Shown here: positions 24,300-37,017 of the stretch, piece by piece
Numbering within the stretch: the first letter of the stretch is position 1
Layout: every line of letters starts with the position of its first letter
Origin: Tricharina praecox
Taxonomy: Eukaryota
Assembly (NCBI RefSeq): GCF_024521635.1
Contig: NW_026250435.1
Location: 1-64,000, forward strand
Direction: 5' to 3'
DNA length: 64,000 nucleotides
Notes under the pieces: generated by a model
The model's database searches: none
Seen by the model: the letters and a program-made list of their open reading frames with translations, nothing else
Told to the model about the DNA's origin: nothing
Translations under genes and position numbers: made by a program

Positions 24300-26300
24300 A
24301 TGTCTCGGCTTTAAGCCGCCGCAGCGTAAAGACTGCAGTCCGGCAAGGCGGACTACCGGTACGGGGGCTCGATGGAAATCTTCGAGCGAGAGCCCCGCGA
24401 GCATCACCTGACTCCGTCTGGCGGTAAAACCCTTATGTTTGGCATGTCTATTCCGGCCCCGGCAGTTGGATCCGTCCACGAGAAGCCTACGGGCAGCCCG
24501 TCCAGTCTCGGGCCGACGACAAAACGAGCTGGATGTATGTACAGTTGACTTCCGTGCTGCTAACATGTTTCAAAGATGGGGTAGTTCGCGTCGCCCGTCG
24601 TTCCCTTTGTCCGGCACCAAAAAAGATTTCTCCAGAAGATGGTGTCTTGCACCCCATTTGCCTTATATGTAGTCCAGAGGCCCGGAGGGATAATTGCCAC
24701 CTATACTGGCAATCCAGACTCCAACCCCGGGACCCGCCTGTGCTGTGATACTCCGCAATGCTTCCCGACATATCCGGACATGGAAATAAGCGGTGAGAAT
24801 AGATCGCGGTAAGCCAATTCTTTCACAACGACGAAATCGGTGTCGACGGAATCCATATGATGAATGAGACGTCTTGGCGGAGGCATTGTGATCAGTAACC
24901 TTCCGAGAGCACCGTGGCACATGCCCAGTTGGATCGCAAAATCGTCGCGGTGTAATCGTGGATTATTGTGATCAGTAACCTTCCGAGAGCACCGTGGCAC
25001 ATGCCTAGTTGGATCGCAAAATCGTCGCGGTGTAACCGTAGATTACCCGTGTACGGTGAAGTCTGTAAAAAGGAGGATGGGAATCCGTATCCGAGTGATC
25101 GTCCGTGTGTGAGTTGCATCCGCTGCTGACCGTTAGTCTTGAAAACCACGAAGAAATGAAGCGAGATTCTATTTATCATCGCATCGATCCGTCCATAGAT
25201 GTTCTCCCCGACCATACCTAGTGAACCCTTCCGTCTCCCTCTCAATTGCAAGCCATCCACGGAAGATGTGGGCTCCCGGAGTCTGCTTGGCGTAAATTGG
25301 GAGGACATGGTGACAACGCGGTTTCGCCAAGGTAAAAATCCGAATGTGCTGTAATCCGTGGTCGGTGCTTCCGTGTGGTGATCATGCTCAGCGTGCCTGT
25401 CGGTGCTCTCATCCGATGCTCCTGTCCGTCCCGACACGGTGCCCGGTGGAGCGCTACCGGATGTGTACCTCCACAAGAAATCCGGCATTTGCGGGAAAGA
25501 CATTATACGGATCCTGATATAAATTCGGTTGTTGTCTCGCTATGTCCTAGTCTAACGTTGCCCGCTTATTCTATTATGTAGTAAAGGGACGAGTGAGCAA
25601 TGGTCGGTAGTGTCCGCACATGATCCACCCTCCGCCCCGAGTTTAACAGTAGGGCCTTGCTGAGTTGACAATCTCCGCATGCCGCGTGATGTTTATTCGT
25701 CTACCGTAGGCCAATATGGGCCGGATAGAGGCGACGAATCCCGCCCGGCTCGGTGGGCGGGATAGTGTCGATCATATTTCCCCTTCCTCCCGATGATCCG
25801 CGTGGGTCGCACCAAGTGGCGCTTCTCTTCCATACATCGTCCTTACGTTCGGGCCCAAAACTAGTTGAATGTTGGCGATCCTAATAGGATAACATCACGG
25901 AGCTCAATCGGATCGCAGGATCGAGCAATACAAGAACAGATAAGCGCACGTCCGTGTCGATCCCGGCCATCCGCTCGTCTGGGAAGCGACAAATACGAAA
26001 TCATGGCAGAAGGTCCTCCGGAAGTTAGATAATCCGAGAGGTATGAGAAACAATGCAGATCCCGTAATGCATCAGTAGCGGAAGGGAAGGAAAGGTCTGA
26101 ACGGTTGCTCAATCGGTGAAGCTGTTCCGGAGCCGAGAGAAACCGAAGGAGGTGGATGGACGAAGGCTGTAGTTGAAGAGTGATCGGTCCATACATCCGG
26201 TAGAACGATTCCTGGGCGATATCAAAGTGTGAGCTGTGCCGGGTACGGAGAAAGTTCGAGGTGGCGGCGGCGGTTTTCAGGTAGACGTCAAAGGCCCCCG
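24300..26300 (-). pseudogene. Degenerate coding relic of unknown family
   Basis: Removing one copy of the 80-bp duplication at 24885-25044 fuses ORF 24892-25503 in frame with ORF 24701-25000. The frame stays protein-like past isolated stops, and a further fragment lies at 25861-26290. Confidence 0.4.
24885..25044. repeat. 80-bp near-perfect tandem duplication
   Basis: ATTGTGATCAGTAACCTTCCGAGAGCACCGTGGCACATGCC...CGTRGATT starts at 24885 and again at 24965, with three transition differences. Confidence 0.95.
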
Positions 26301-27323
26301 AGTGACCGCGACCACGGACGGGGCGGTGAACAACATGATGATTTCGGTGAATGCTGGGGGAAACGGTCGCGGGTGAGTTCAGAGAATGGGGGGAGTTGGA
26401 TTCTCCATCATATCATATCTCGTGGTGGTCGGTGAATGGCCGGTCGGCCAATCCTAGAATATGCGCAGTGCGGGCCTGCGGGCGTCGTAAGCTCTTTCTC
26501 ATGCTCTGCTTGGCCGGTGAACTAGTGTGAGATATACGGGGTAGTAGGGCTATTGAAACAAAAAAACGGATTGTGAGTGGGTCCCACTCGAGAATGATGA
26601 CCGGAAAGACGTGCTATCTTTGGGGCAAAAGAACGATATATCCAAATGGACGATGACGACGGAAAAAAGAAAGAGGGGAAAAAAACAAGTCGTTCGGTAG
26701 GCTACCTAGGGCTGACTGACGTTGAGACACGCGTCCACCAATAAGCGGAGCTCGGACACGCGCATTACATTTTCACTTGTAGGTTCGTCAGCAACTCGCG
26801 TCCGGTGGGTACATACTCTACGGTATCTCACTTCTCGAGCATCAGCAAGTGCACTCAATCTAAATCCCGGATTCGGCCTTTGCGGTATCTCGACGGCCGC
26901 CGGCATTCGGCCGTGGCTTCTAGATCCGTCCCTTCGACCCAGGCTCGTGTGTGAATACTTCTTGACGCCGGCTGCTCGACCAATGCAGCTGTCCAAAACG
27001 GAGTATAACCAATGTTCCTACAGACCGGCGCTATAAGCTGCGTGATGGAAGGAACCCAAGATTTATCACACTCATCTCCCCGTTTTCAGCTCATGCTGGG
27101 AGTTTCATCGTCACCCACTCGGGCGCGCTGACGGATATGGTGCGAGAGGCGATGTCAATGATGCGGATGCGCGATCGGGAACTATCGATTTAAGTCTTTG
27201 TTTGTTCGGATGCCACTTTTTCGGAACGAACTATTAGGGTCACTCTCGAATGAGAGCCTGGAAGGTTCAAAGAGGAAGCGGCCTTGCGTGACGTCGCCCT
27301 GGAAAGTGAAATAAGTTGGTATT

Positions 27324-27496
27324 TGAAGGATGATGGAGAAGTTGAGGTTCTACTGCGAAGAGCCATGTCATATGGCTCTCCTCCGCTGCCTACAACGTTC
27401 GGTGACACCCGATCCGGCTAGTCCTGCTATCACCACCATTCGGCTGATGATCCACCGATCCGACTAGCCTTTCCACCTATCTTATCTGATCCTTCA
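27324..27496. mobile_element. Solo-LTR-like element, 173 bp
   Basis: TG...CA termini with an 8-bp terminal inverted repeat (TGAAGGAT...ATCCTTCA) and a second copy at 8340-8486. No perfect TSD (GTATT vs CCTAT). Confidence 0.65.
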
Positions 27497-28495
27497 CCTA
27501 TTGAAAGCACTAGGACCGGGGAGACTATTTGGCAACTTTGATAACAGAATAGAGAGGATCTATTTTTCATGAGAGAGAATCAATAAGTAAGAAATCAATA
27601 GACCTCCTGTGTTATTCAGGAAATCCTAGAACCTCGCGAGTTGAGGTTAGGACAAATGACAACGAAAAGCACACAGATGAACGACCCGATAACGAACAGA
27701 TGAGAAGAACGATGAAACAGACAGACAGACCCGCCAAAATATACATGCATGAGTTCGACCAATTTTAGCCGACCTGGCTATACATATCAGATTCGATGGG
27801 ATTGATTTTCGCCGCTCGTACATCGACCCTGCCCGCTCGCAAATGAAATCAAAATAACACCCTTTGCTCATGGTAACATTGCCCATCGCAGCTCGTGGCA
27901 GGTCATGGTGCATATGCACGTCTCTCTCACAGTCTCACCCGGAATCTTCATGTCGAGCTAGGGTTGCCACACGTGCCACGCCACACGTCAGCCCCACAAT
28001 GCGATCATGGCGGATCACGCGAATTCGGCCCCCAAACTGGTTCGAGAATTTGTTAGAACTGCACTGAACCGGCTATGGGAGCACTTAGTTTAGATGACGA
28101 GTTAGAACCGGTCGAAACTAATACTGGCAAAAGCTGGGGCGATCATATGATATCCGAACTCCGACATTCGGGAAGAGGACTCGGCCTTCGGGGCGGAAGG
28201 ACAGTACCTAGTACCAACTAGCACGTACTAGTAGTTATTCGCGGTGGTAAAATTTGGGATAGACACTCCGAGGCATCAATGGTATCGAAGTGTAGAGAGT
28301 GACGGTCATCGGTAACCGCAGTGATCCGCTTGCACTCAGAATTTCCAATTTCCAACTAACCGGATAAGGCAGTGACAGAATCCACGAAGCCAATTGCACT
28401 GTTTAGAACCAGCTGACTAAGGAACTGGTTCGAACTGGACAAACTGGTTAGACTGCAAACTATTGCTAGATCTGCCTGGGGGCCGGAGTGACCTC

Positions 28496-29010
28496 TTTGG
28501 TTCCCCGCCTCGTTCATCTAGCCTAGACGGAAGAAGGGATTGCTACATCGAACCACAGAGCTGGACTGTGCAGTGTGAACAGGACTCGGAGAACTAACTG
28601 TATGCCGCCGTGACCTCCAGGTCGAATGCGAGCATGTATGATCACGGCAAGGCAAGACAGATCCGCATCAAGGATTCAAGGACGGAAGAGCGGGGTGTGT
28701 GTGTGCCGGTACACAGCCAACACCACTGCGGGGGAAGCCAGCCTCCAGGTGCGCCTGTTTGGTTCGGCGCCTCGTTTATCTAGCTCAGGCGGGAGATGTG
28801 GCTGCCCCCATAGGACCACTGCCGTGAGCTGGACTGTGCCAGACCGGACTTGGAAACTTATGTATGCTGCCATGTAAACCTCGTTGGATGCGAGCATGTA
28901 TTTATGATCAAGGCAAGGCAAAACAGATCCGCATCAAGGATTCAGTGACGGAAAAGCGGGGTGTGTGTAGCAGACTGCGGTACACAGCCCACCACTGCGG
29001 AGGAAATCAT
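28496..29010. repeat. Diverged tandem duplication, period about 265 bp
   Basis: TTTGGTTC..CGCCTCGTT, GAGCTGGACTGTGC, ATGCGAGCATGTAT and ACAGATCCGCATCAAGGATTCA each occur twice in the same order. Confidence 0.88.
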
Positions 29011-31789
29011 GGGGAAGGCCCAGGCCATCTTCGAAACCGAGTAGGCTACAGGTCAGATTACCACCGGCGGCGCGCTGCGCCTGACGAGTGAGCGCCTGAC
29101 GAGCGATCGCGTCACTATCTTTACGGAGGCGTTTGTGCTACTCAAAAGCTTGAATGATGAATCCGAACTACCGAACCAGGCAATAGCACATACTACATAG
29201 TACATACAAGCTCTCCTGCTGGCTGTGAGCCGGACGCCTTAGGCGTGGAGGTCGGATTTAGACGAGTGCCGAGTCGGTCACGTGGTGGGCGAGGGACTCC
29301 ACAGTCCAGCCCCCTCCAAATAAGCAGTACATACGCACGGAGCGAATTGGGTGTGTGAAGGGCAGAGGATATCTTCCCCGGGGAGAGCAGGACTTCGCCA
29401 GTAGAGATCGGCGGAGCCTCTCGGGCCTGCACACAAGTGGAGACATGCAGGGGCACACTTCCCCCATGAGATGGCGAGGCGTAGGTAACAGGAGGCGAGG
29501 GCGAGCGGTTACCGTAGTTGGGAGCCGAAGACCGATGCCGTACATACGATTTCTCTTGTATCCGTTCTCATGTCGGACGAGGACTTGATAACACCTATAC
29601 TGCCATCATCATCATCGCGCACGGCCGACTCTAGTCTCTGGAGAGACTCCGGAGAAACGAGAACGGAAACGAAAGCTGCTTACATAGTACATAGTACACA
29701 CGGATTCTCAATTTTCCGTCGTGCTTCGTATTGTCCTGGAGCCCACCGAGTCCGAGGCTCGAGCCGGCGTTTCTGGAGAAAATGTTCCGCCGAAGCTAGG
29801 TGAGGCACAATCTGTATCTTGCCTTTTTTCCTTCTTGACTTCTTGACTTCTCCCATGCCGGGATATTTATCGGGGGGTGGGCGGCCGAAACCAGATATCA
29901 CGTACCATTGTACCACCGTCTGATATATCGCCTTGCTCGCGTATAGAGTATACGAGAGATTAGCGAGCGTATCATACTACCAGGTAGCGACGGCGCTCGG
30001 CAAGTGCTGAGAACGAGTTCTGAGAATGATGGGGTCAAACAAGTGTGTACTGGTATGTAGGACGGGGAATTAAAAACTCAGACACTGGTAGTCTGGTAAA
30101 TATCTTCCGCTGCTGCAGTGATCATCTTGCAGTTGACCATTCGAGTACCTAGTCAGTCGTGTGAGCGTCTATCGTCATCTTCCAGAAACTCTCAAGGCCT
30201 GAGGAGATGCGTTGTAATTGCCTGGAGATCCTCAAGGCCTGAGGTGCGTTGCATTTATGATTTGCTTTGGAGATCATATTTATATTGCCACTATGTAAGT
30301 ATGGTCCTGAATTCTGATCTGCGGGCGTCGGCGAGAGTCGGCGAGAGTCGGCCGGGCCGCCGTGTGGCCGTAGGCTGTGGGTGGATGGGTGGGTGGGTGG
30401 GTAGAAGAAGTGGATCTGGAACCGATTTTCGGGATTTGTGCTCTAGGGCCGGGGGGTCGGCGGGTCGGCGGGTAGCTTGGGTTGTGCTACTATGTACCGG
30501 TATCCGATATCGATTCGGCGCGGAGGCGGGCCCGCCGGACACCGATGGGCTAGAGACTACGGTAGAGGAGGTATACAGTACCCGCACGGACCAGAAGGTC
30601 CTGACTTCTGACACTTGCGCAGTGCGAGAGCTCCTGAATGACACTCGGACGACACCACGTCACGACGGCGACGGCGCCGAGCGTGCGTGCATACGTGTAT
30701 GGTATCGCCAACTACCTACCTACATCCGTGGCCGGTGGGGAGATGTCCGAATGATGCCCTCCGACTACTCCGGTGTGTGTATACGGCTCGTGCCGCATGC
30801 GCGCTTTATAGTATTCGCAATTACCTTCTCCGCATGTGCAGGCAAGGATGCGCGCATGGATTCGGGCATGCATGTACTCACGGGCCCCGAGTGATGGTCA
30901 ATGAACACGGCCGATCCGACATCGGCCGGTCGGACATACTCTAGAGCGCAGCCCGCTGCGCGCTGTATCGAACAGCCGTAATATGTAAGGCATGGACATG
31001 GACTGAGCGGGTTTCGTGTTGTCTTGGACTCGGAGGCCACGCCGCCAACATTTATAGGTACCATAGGTACCATAGGATGGGTATCGTGTCGTGAATAGTA
31101 ATACTACTGTACCACCGGTGTACTATCCCTCTGAGGGTCAGCGAGTTGGTCAGCTAGTTATAATAGCTTGCGCCGCTGGAAAAACGGTTAGGCCTATCAT
31201 TATTGTCATATATGGGGTCTGGCTATGTATGTATAAAATTTAGTACTGCCATAGCACCTGCCGTGGTCCGTATATGCTATATTCCAGAACGAACGGACCA
31301 TCCGGGAATTCGTGATTGCCATCCAGCCAACCAGGCCTAGAAAGCCAAGATGCTGGTAGCGAGGTCACCCTGGTTCGTGATAGAGTACCTCCATACTGCC
31401 TACATACATAAAAGTTATCCGTTCAGTTCAGCTTCGAATCCGAGCCTTCTTTTGATCCCCGACACTATCGAGTCTCGAAGAATAGGTAAAGTAGGTATTT
31501 GTATTTCCGCCACAACCGGAAATATCCAAAAAAGCGAACAAAAAACAGTGGTATGCTACATAGCAAGCAAAGCAATAAACAGATACGGTCCATAAGTAGA
31601 TACACATTAAGTTAAAATAAACAAACAAATCCCCAAAAGATAATATCCCCCATCCCTCCAGATGTTTCCCCGCGACGCCCTTTCTATCCAAACCCCCACG
31701 CCTGGCTGCTCATGCACATATATACATTACAAGCCCAAAAAACCGCCTACAGCTAGCCAGCCGTGTCCATAACACGCCATTCCGCCGCC

Positions 31790-32724
31790 TTACACGGTCT
31801 CCTCGCAATGCTCCGACTGCTGCAACAAGTTCTTCTCTCCGGGCATGCCCTGGGTGAAGCGGGAGTTGAATCCGACGGCATGCTTGAGGGCGTCATACTG
31901 GTCGACGGAGATGAGCAGCGGCTGCTCGGCGACGAACCAGTTGACCTTCTCGGAGCACGGCGGGGTGGTCAGGGAGCCCGAGTAGTTGAACACACGCGAG
32001 GTGCGGACGTGCGCCATGATGGTACTGCGATGGGCAAGCTCAATCAGCGGCTGCGAACGGGGCGGGGAAGGAGAAGGAACTTACCGGAGACTGATGTCCT
32101 CAGCGTGCATAACGTCGCCCTTCGCCTGCAGCTGCCGGAATGGCATCTGGTGGAAGAAGTCGTCGCCTTCGCTCGCCTCGATGTCGAAGAAGATGCCGAA
32201 AACTCCGAGATCACCGGCTAAATCATTGCATGAGCATGGGGAGGACAAAAAAGGTGGATTGAGGGAAAAGGGGATTGCTATGACTTACTCCTGACGTGTT
32301 TGTGCACGAAGTGAACCTCAAGCGGGTACCCGAGGCCATTGACCCTGTGCTCACTGGGGGCATGGAAGTGGAAGCCGAGGAGCTGGTACTCAGCGCCGCC
32401 GAGGGTGGAGCGGAACGCGGTTGCGTCCTCGTCCTCGGAGGGCTTGCAGTCGACGGTGTGGCCGTTGTTCTCCAAGATGAAGTCTGCCTCAGCGGGGTAG
32501 TTGAAGGAAGACCCGTCCACCGTCGTGATGGTGCTGTCGATGTTGATCGGCGACTGATTGGTACCCGTGCCGCACAACCCGTTGTCCGGCGTCAGGTTGT
32601 GCCAGAGCACCGGCCCGTTGTGCCCTTCGTAGGACCAGGGTGCCTGCTCGCCATCACGCTTGTACAGACATGCGGAGACGAGGCTGGAAGCGCACAGGAG
32701 GAGGACGGAGAGTTGAGAACGCAT
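31790..32724 (-). CDS. Secreted alpha-class carbonic anhydrase, 2 introns
   Basis: Signal peptide plus KR. Motifs WSYEG, NQSPINI, NNGHTV, Zn ligands in FHFHAPSEH...EVHFVH, and YSGSLTTPPCSE. Two GTAAGT..AG introns restore the frame. Confidence 0.96.
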
Positions 32725-34146
32725 GGCTGGTTGGATTACGGTGGTGATTGTCGAGGTGGGACTTGTGCGTGCGTAAGGGCAGTGGCTAAATACTTACTTG
32801 CCTGGTGGATAATGAATGCTCGTGGTCGGAGGTTTCTGGGACGGAATCCAAAAGAGTGTGGGGGGATTCGAGATGGATATAAAGCAAGTCAGCGCCAGTG
32901 ATAGACGATCCGCTTTGATATTATAGCTGGCTGCGTAGGGTTTTGAAAGCTAGAGGCTTCTATTCGTGCTATCCCCGCTGGCGAAGTATGTATGTAGTGT
33001 AGGACCCGGGACCTAAAAAGAATGTGGTGAAGCAAATCGTTGAAGCGCCTTTTTTCACGAGCCAAGAAGTAAAAAAAAAGAACTCGCCGAAGAATAAACA
33101 AATAGCCGGAATTTAGAGAATGTGGGTATGGAGTTGAAAGAAGGCGGGGTTGTGGACCGAAGGGACAAGGAGACTTTCCCCTGATATATCAAGTCCGGCC
33201 GACCTGCGGCGGGTGTTTCCCCATAGCATAACTGCACTAGTTCCCTAGTACCGGTAACCAGACGTGCACTATGGCCGATTATTTAGCGCCAAGGATTTGC
33301 AAGGAGGATAATATTGCTGTCGATCGACTTGACCGTCCTTGGCCGGGCGGGCAAGCTACGCAAGGGAGCCCCTCTCCCCCTCTCTCCTCGCCGTCCCCTC
33401 CCCCGTGGAGGATCCAGCGCGGGCGAGCCGCGTTATTGGGTGGGTTTCTCAGCTCGAGCACGGCATCCACCGCGGTAACCTCTTAGTGGGCTGGGCTGTG
33501 CAGGGTCCGCAGGAGATGGGACCCCCGTTAGGATAAGCGGCATGACGCTCTGCCCATCCTCCGACCTGCGACGGGCCCCCCCAAGCGACCGAATGGTCCG
33601 AAGAAGGGAACGAGGCCGCCGCCAAAACCTCAGCGCCGTCGCAGAAGGGGGGCGGGCGTACCTGCGGTACGTCTTAGCCAGCTTGGCCGACAGCCCAAGC
33701 TTTTGGACATCTGTCAAGTGAGGTCGCGCGCTGTCAACGGGCGCAACTCCAAGACTTTTGTTCTTCACCAAGCCACCAAGCGAAACGACGATCACCGCGC
33801 GGAACCCCGAAGTGTGGGAAAGATAATTATTCGGAGCTCTGGAGATGTTACGTATTGCATTCTCAATAGGCGCGGCCGTGACTTCGCACGAACGGGAGCG
33901 GCGCTGCGCTATCGGAGGGGGGAAGGGGCAATGCGAGCAAGATGAGAAGGGAGGCGACCAAGTTGACTGCCCGGCGTCCTCCTTTTTTTCCTCCAAAAAA
34001 AGCAAAGCACGCGGAAATCCCGTTCCCCCGAGGGGCAGGTCGCCCGAGCATCTTGTGATTTGGACGCGAGGACGGGGTGGTTCCTTGATGTGTGACATAA
34101 ATAAATTTAATAATAAGGATTTAAAATGATGAAAAAGATAAAAGAT

Positions 34147-34198
34147 AAAGGAAAAAGGAAAAAGGAAAAAGGAAAAAGGAAAAAGGAAAAAGGAAAAA
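34147..34198. repeat. 7-bp microsatellite (AAAAAGG)n in an A-rich tract
   Basis: Seen directly, about 7 units. Confidence 0.93.
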
Positions 34199-36386
34199 TA
34201 AAGATGAAATAGAGATGGAAAAAAGAGATGGAAAAAATCCGATCAACAAAACATTGGAAACGAATATGCATAGGTCACGTATCCTGAGATAGATCATAGG
34301 GAGCATTGGGCGCGCGGCGTCCGGTGCCTGTTCGACTCGAACCCAATAATGCTCGGCCGAGTCAGTTGAAGAGGCTATCGCATCGGATCGCCCCCTCTCT
34401 GTCGGGAAAACTCTTCCGAAAACACCACTCTATTCCGAGCTGAACTCCAACCGATATGCCATACCCACCTATCCCATCTCGCAAGTACTCTATGTATTCT
34501 CACGGAAACCTATAACTACTAGCACTATAGAGTACATAGCGGCCGCGTAAGGACTTCGGAGTTGACTGTTGGTTGCGGTCGCCGGTGATGTAATGGCAAT
34601 TCCGCCAGCCGAAATGCGAATCCGCCTTCCGTGACGATAGGTATTTCCGTCAATGTCGGCGTCGACACGACTCGCTGCCCTATACCCACCGGCGCCTGCC
34701 TACCCACCCACTTGCTTCGTACATAAGCCACACAGCCAGTCTGCGGTCTCGCGATGACTTTCGATGGAACATGCACACTCCTCTTATACATTCCTACACC
34801 TACCTATAAGTACGGTACGTACAGTGTTCGCAATTCGCACAGCCATCCGCCCTGTTCTTCTTCTTCGACTCTGCGTGATTGGCCAGAGTCGACCTAGTTG
34901 GTGTCAGTGCTTTTTTTAATTTCAGGCAACTGTTCCAGGCTTCCAGGCAACTGTTCCAACTTCACGACGCGCTCAATCTCGAACTTTTAACTTGCATTGT
35001 GCTTCCAACATATACTACCTATGACCGGTACGCGTCCATACTCTATAGCATAGATCGTATTGTCGACTCCGCAACGGTCAACCCAGCTCCGCATCTAGAG
35101 CTTTCCCCGCACATATATGATATGGTATTATACATACATCGCGGCGGCGGCGGCGGCGAAGGCGGCCACTCTGCTGCAAATAGCGAAGTCGACTCCTCTT
35201 TCAGCCCCGGATCGATCGCCGACTCTGTGCAAAAGAAGGTTGGTTTCAAACCAGCATTCGTCCGTTCGTTCTGGGCAGAGGTAGTCGTGACGCCCACAGC
35301 AGACTCCGCCGAGCATCGTGAGCCGCGGCTATCAGCAAGTCGGGCTTTGGGGGGGCATACGTACTCACTCACCCACGGCTCTTATATTTCTTTCCCCTTT
35401 TCTTCTTCATCTTCTTCGTCACTCCCCTTTGTGCGCGGTTCTACGATACTTACAGTATGTATGTGGCTGTGGCACGGCACTGTGGCGATGCAGCATCGAT
35501 TCGGACATTCGGAATCCGCCCTTTCAGCCGTCGTCGTGGCGTGCGTCGTCTCTGCGCACTTTTCTTCTGTACCACTTCTCTTCTCTTCTGTACCACGGTC
35601 CACGACGCTTCACGACGGAATGTTCCGTGCCGCTACATTGGATGGACGAGCAAAAGCTCTGGTATGACGTACGTACGTAGGCAAGTAGATAGTGCCTACT
35701 GAGGGGCGCGAAGGAAAAGGCTGCTTGGCGACATCAGTGAGCACCGGAGAGAAGAGACCTCGTACATAGGGACCTGATGGGACCTATATGTTATGGAGGT
35801 GGACCTTATGCAGACCCGATGCGGTTATTGAACGTTGAACGTTGAATTGTTTTCTGTCGATTTTCTGTTCATCTTGCCGGTCCGTCTCTTGTTCAATAGA
35901 GTCCAACAGACGCATGACACAACAGACATTCCTAAAATTCCATAGGTAAATCTCTTTTCTGTCTCCAATTGAATCACGTTCTACATTTCTCGTACCCGGT
36001 CGTGGGTCTATCAATACCTACCACATAGCGTACCCATCTCCTCTATCCGGATACAGGTACCGGTACACTTCCTACTCTACTCTTGAATCCTCTTCATCGA
36101 CATGCCCGCGGAGGTACCAAACAGAGTACAGCCGCCCAACCGCATCACGTTTCTTCCCCACGGGCCCCCACGGTGGATCCTACATACACACTTTCTCGGA
36201 TAGTTTTTCCTCGCAGTTTCACATTTTCGCGTTCTGCGAGCCGCCCTGGCTTGGCAACGGGCAGCGGGTCGTCGTCGGTTGAGGAATTAGTAGCTGATCC
36301 CAGATTCCCGGATTCCAGGATTGCCGGATCGCCGAGCGGCGGCGTTTTCGCGGGTTGCGCTGACGGATGGCCACATAACTAAAGTA

Positions 36387-37017
36387 CTAGGTCAAAAGTT
36401 TTCGTACGATGGCCGTTTTACAGCAAAAATGCCCATTTTTAAGTAACCAAAACCCACCCTTCACGTGGCGAAAAAAATCGAGTCTTTCATAGAAGCTTTA
36501 AAATCGCAAGATGCATCACATATAAGAGGTTTGACGAGTTTTGCTTCGGATTGGTGGCGCATGGTACGGTGTTGTGCACGGGTTGGAGAGTGATTTCGGA
36601 TTTTGTGTGGGGCCCCCATACAAAATTATTGCGTGACAACCAGTATCAACACCAACTTCTCTCCCATACGGCATTACTCAACCACCACCAGTTAGAATTA
36701 TGTGCCGATTTTAATCGAGGTTCTCTATCTGATTTAGAAGACCTTCTAATGGCCCACACATTTTTATACCACCTTATGGTTGCTGTATCTATGGCGGGAA
36801 ATGACCTGCCTCGGTGAAAGGGAAATCCGCCAAGCCACCGTACTTCGCATAAATATTCCTCCTGGCGAGCTGGAAATCTCATTGAAGCTTTATTAGTATA
36901 TATTCATGATATATGCCAATTATTAGTACTCTCTTAAGTGTGGTTGTTATGTTATAGAGATATATGTCTGTGGTGTGGTGGCGGTTTTGGGGAGGTGCAC
37001 GAGAACTTTTGACCTGG
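36387..37017. mobile_element. MITE, Tc1/mariner-type (TA target duplication), 631 bp
   Basis: TA|CTAGGTCAAAAGTTTTCGTAC...GCACGAGAACTTTTGACCTGG|TA gives ~21-bp TIRs differing only by transitions. The interior is AT-rich and non-coding. Confidence 0.88.

Noticed and set aside
28027..28485. MITE bounded by CGGCCCCCA/TGGGGGCCG
   Set aside because: Only 9 bp of inverted match and no TSD.
31763..32901. Plus-strand ORFs of 152 and 201 aa
   Set aside because: Antisense shadows of the carbonic anhydrase exons.
30118..35667. Long ORFs 30118-30894, 33433-34098 and 34879-35667
   Set aside because: No recognisable motifs, low-complexity composition, and non-ATG starts for two of the three. Probably chance ORFs in GC-rich intergenic DNA.
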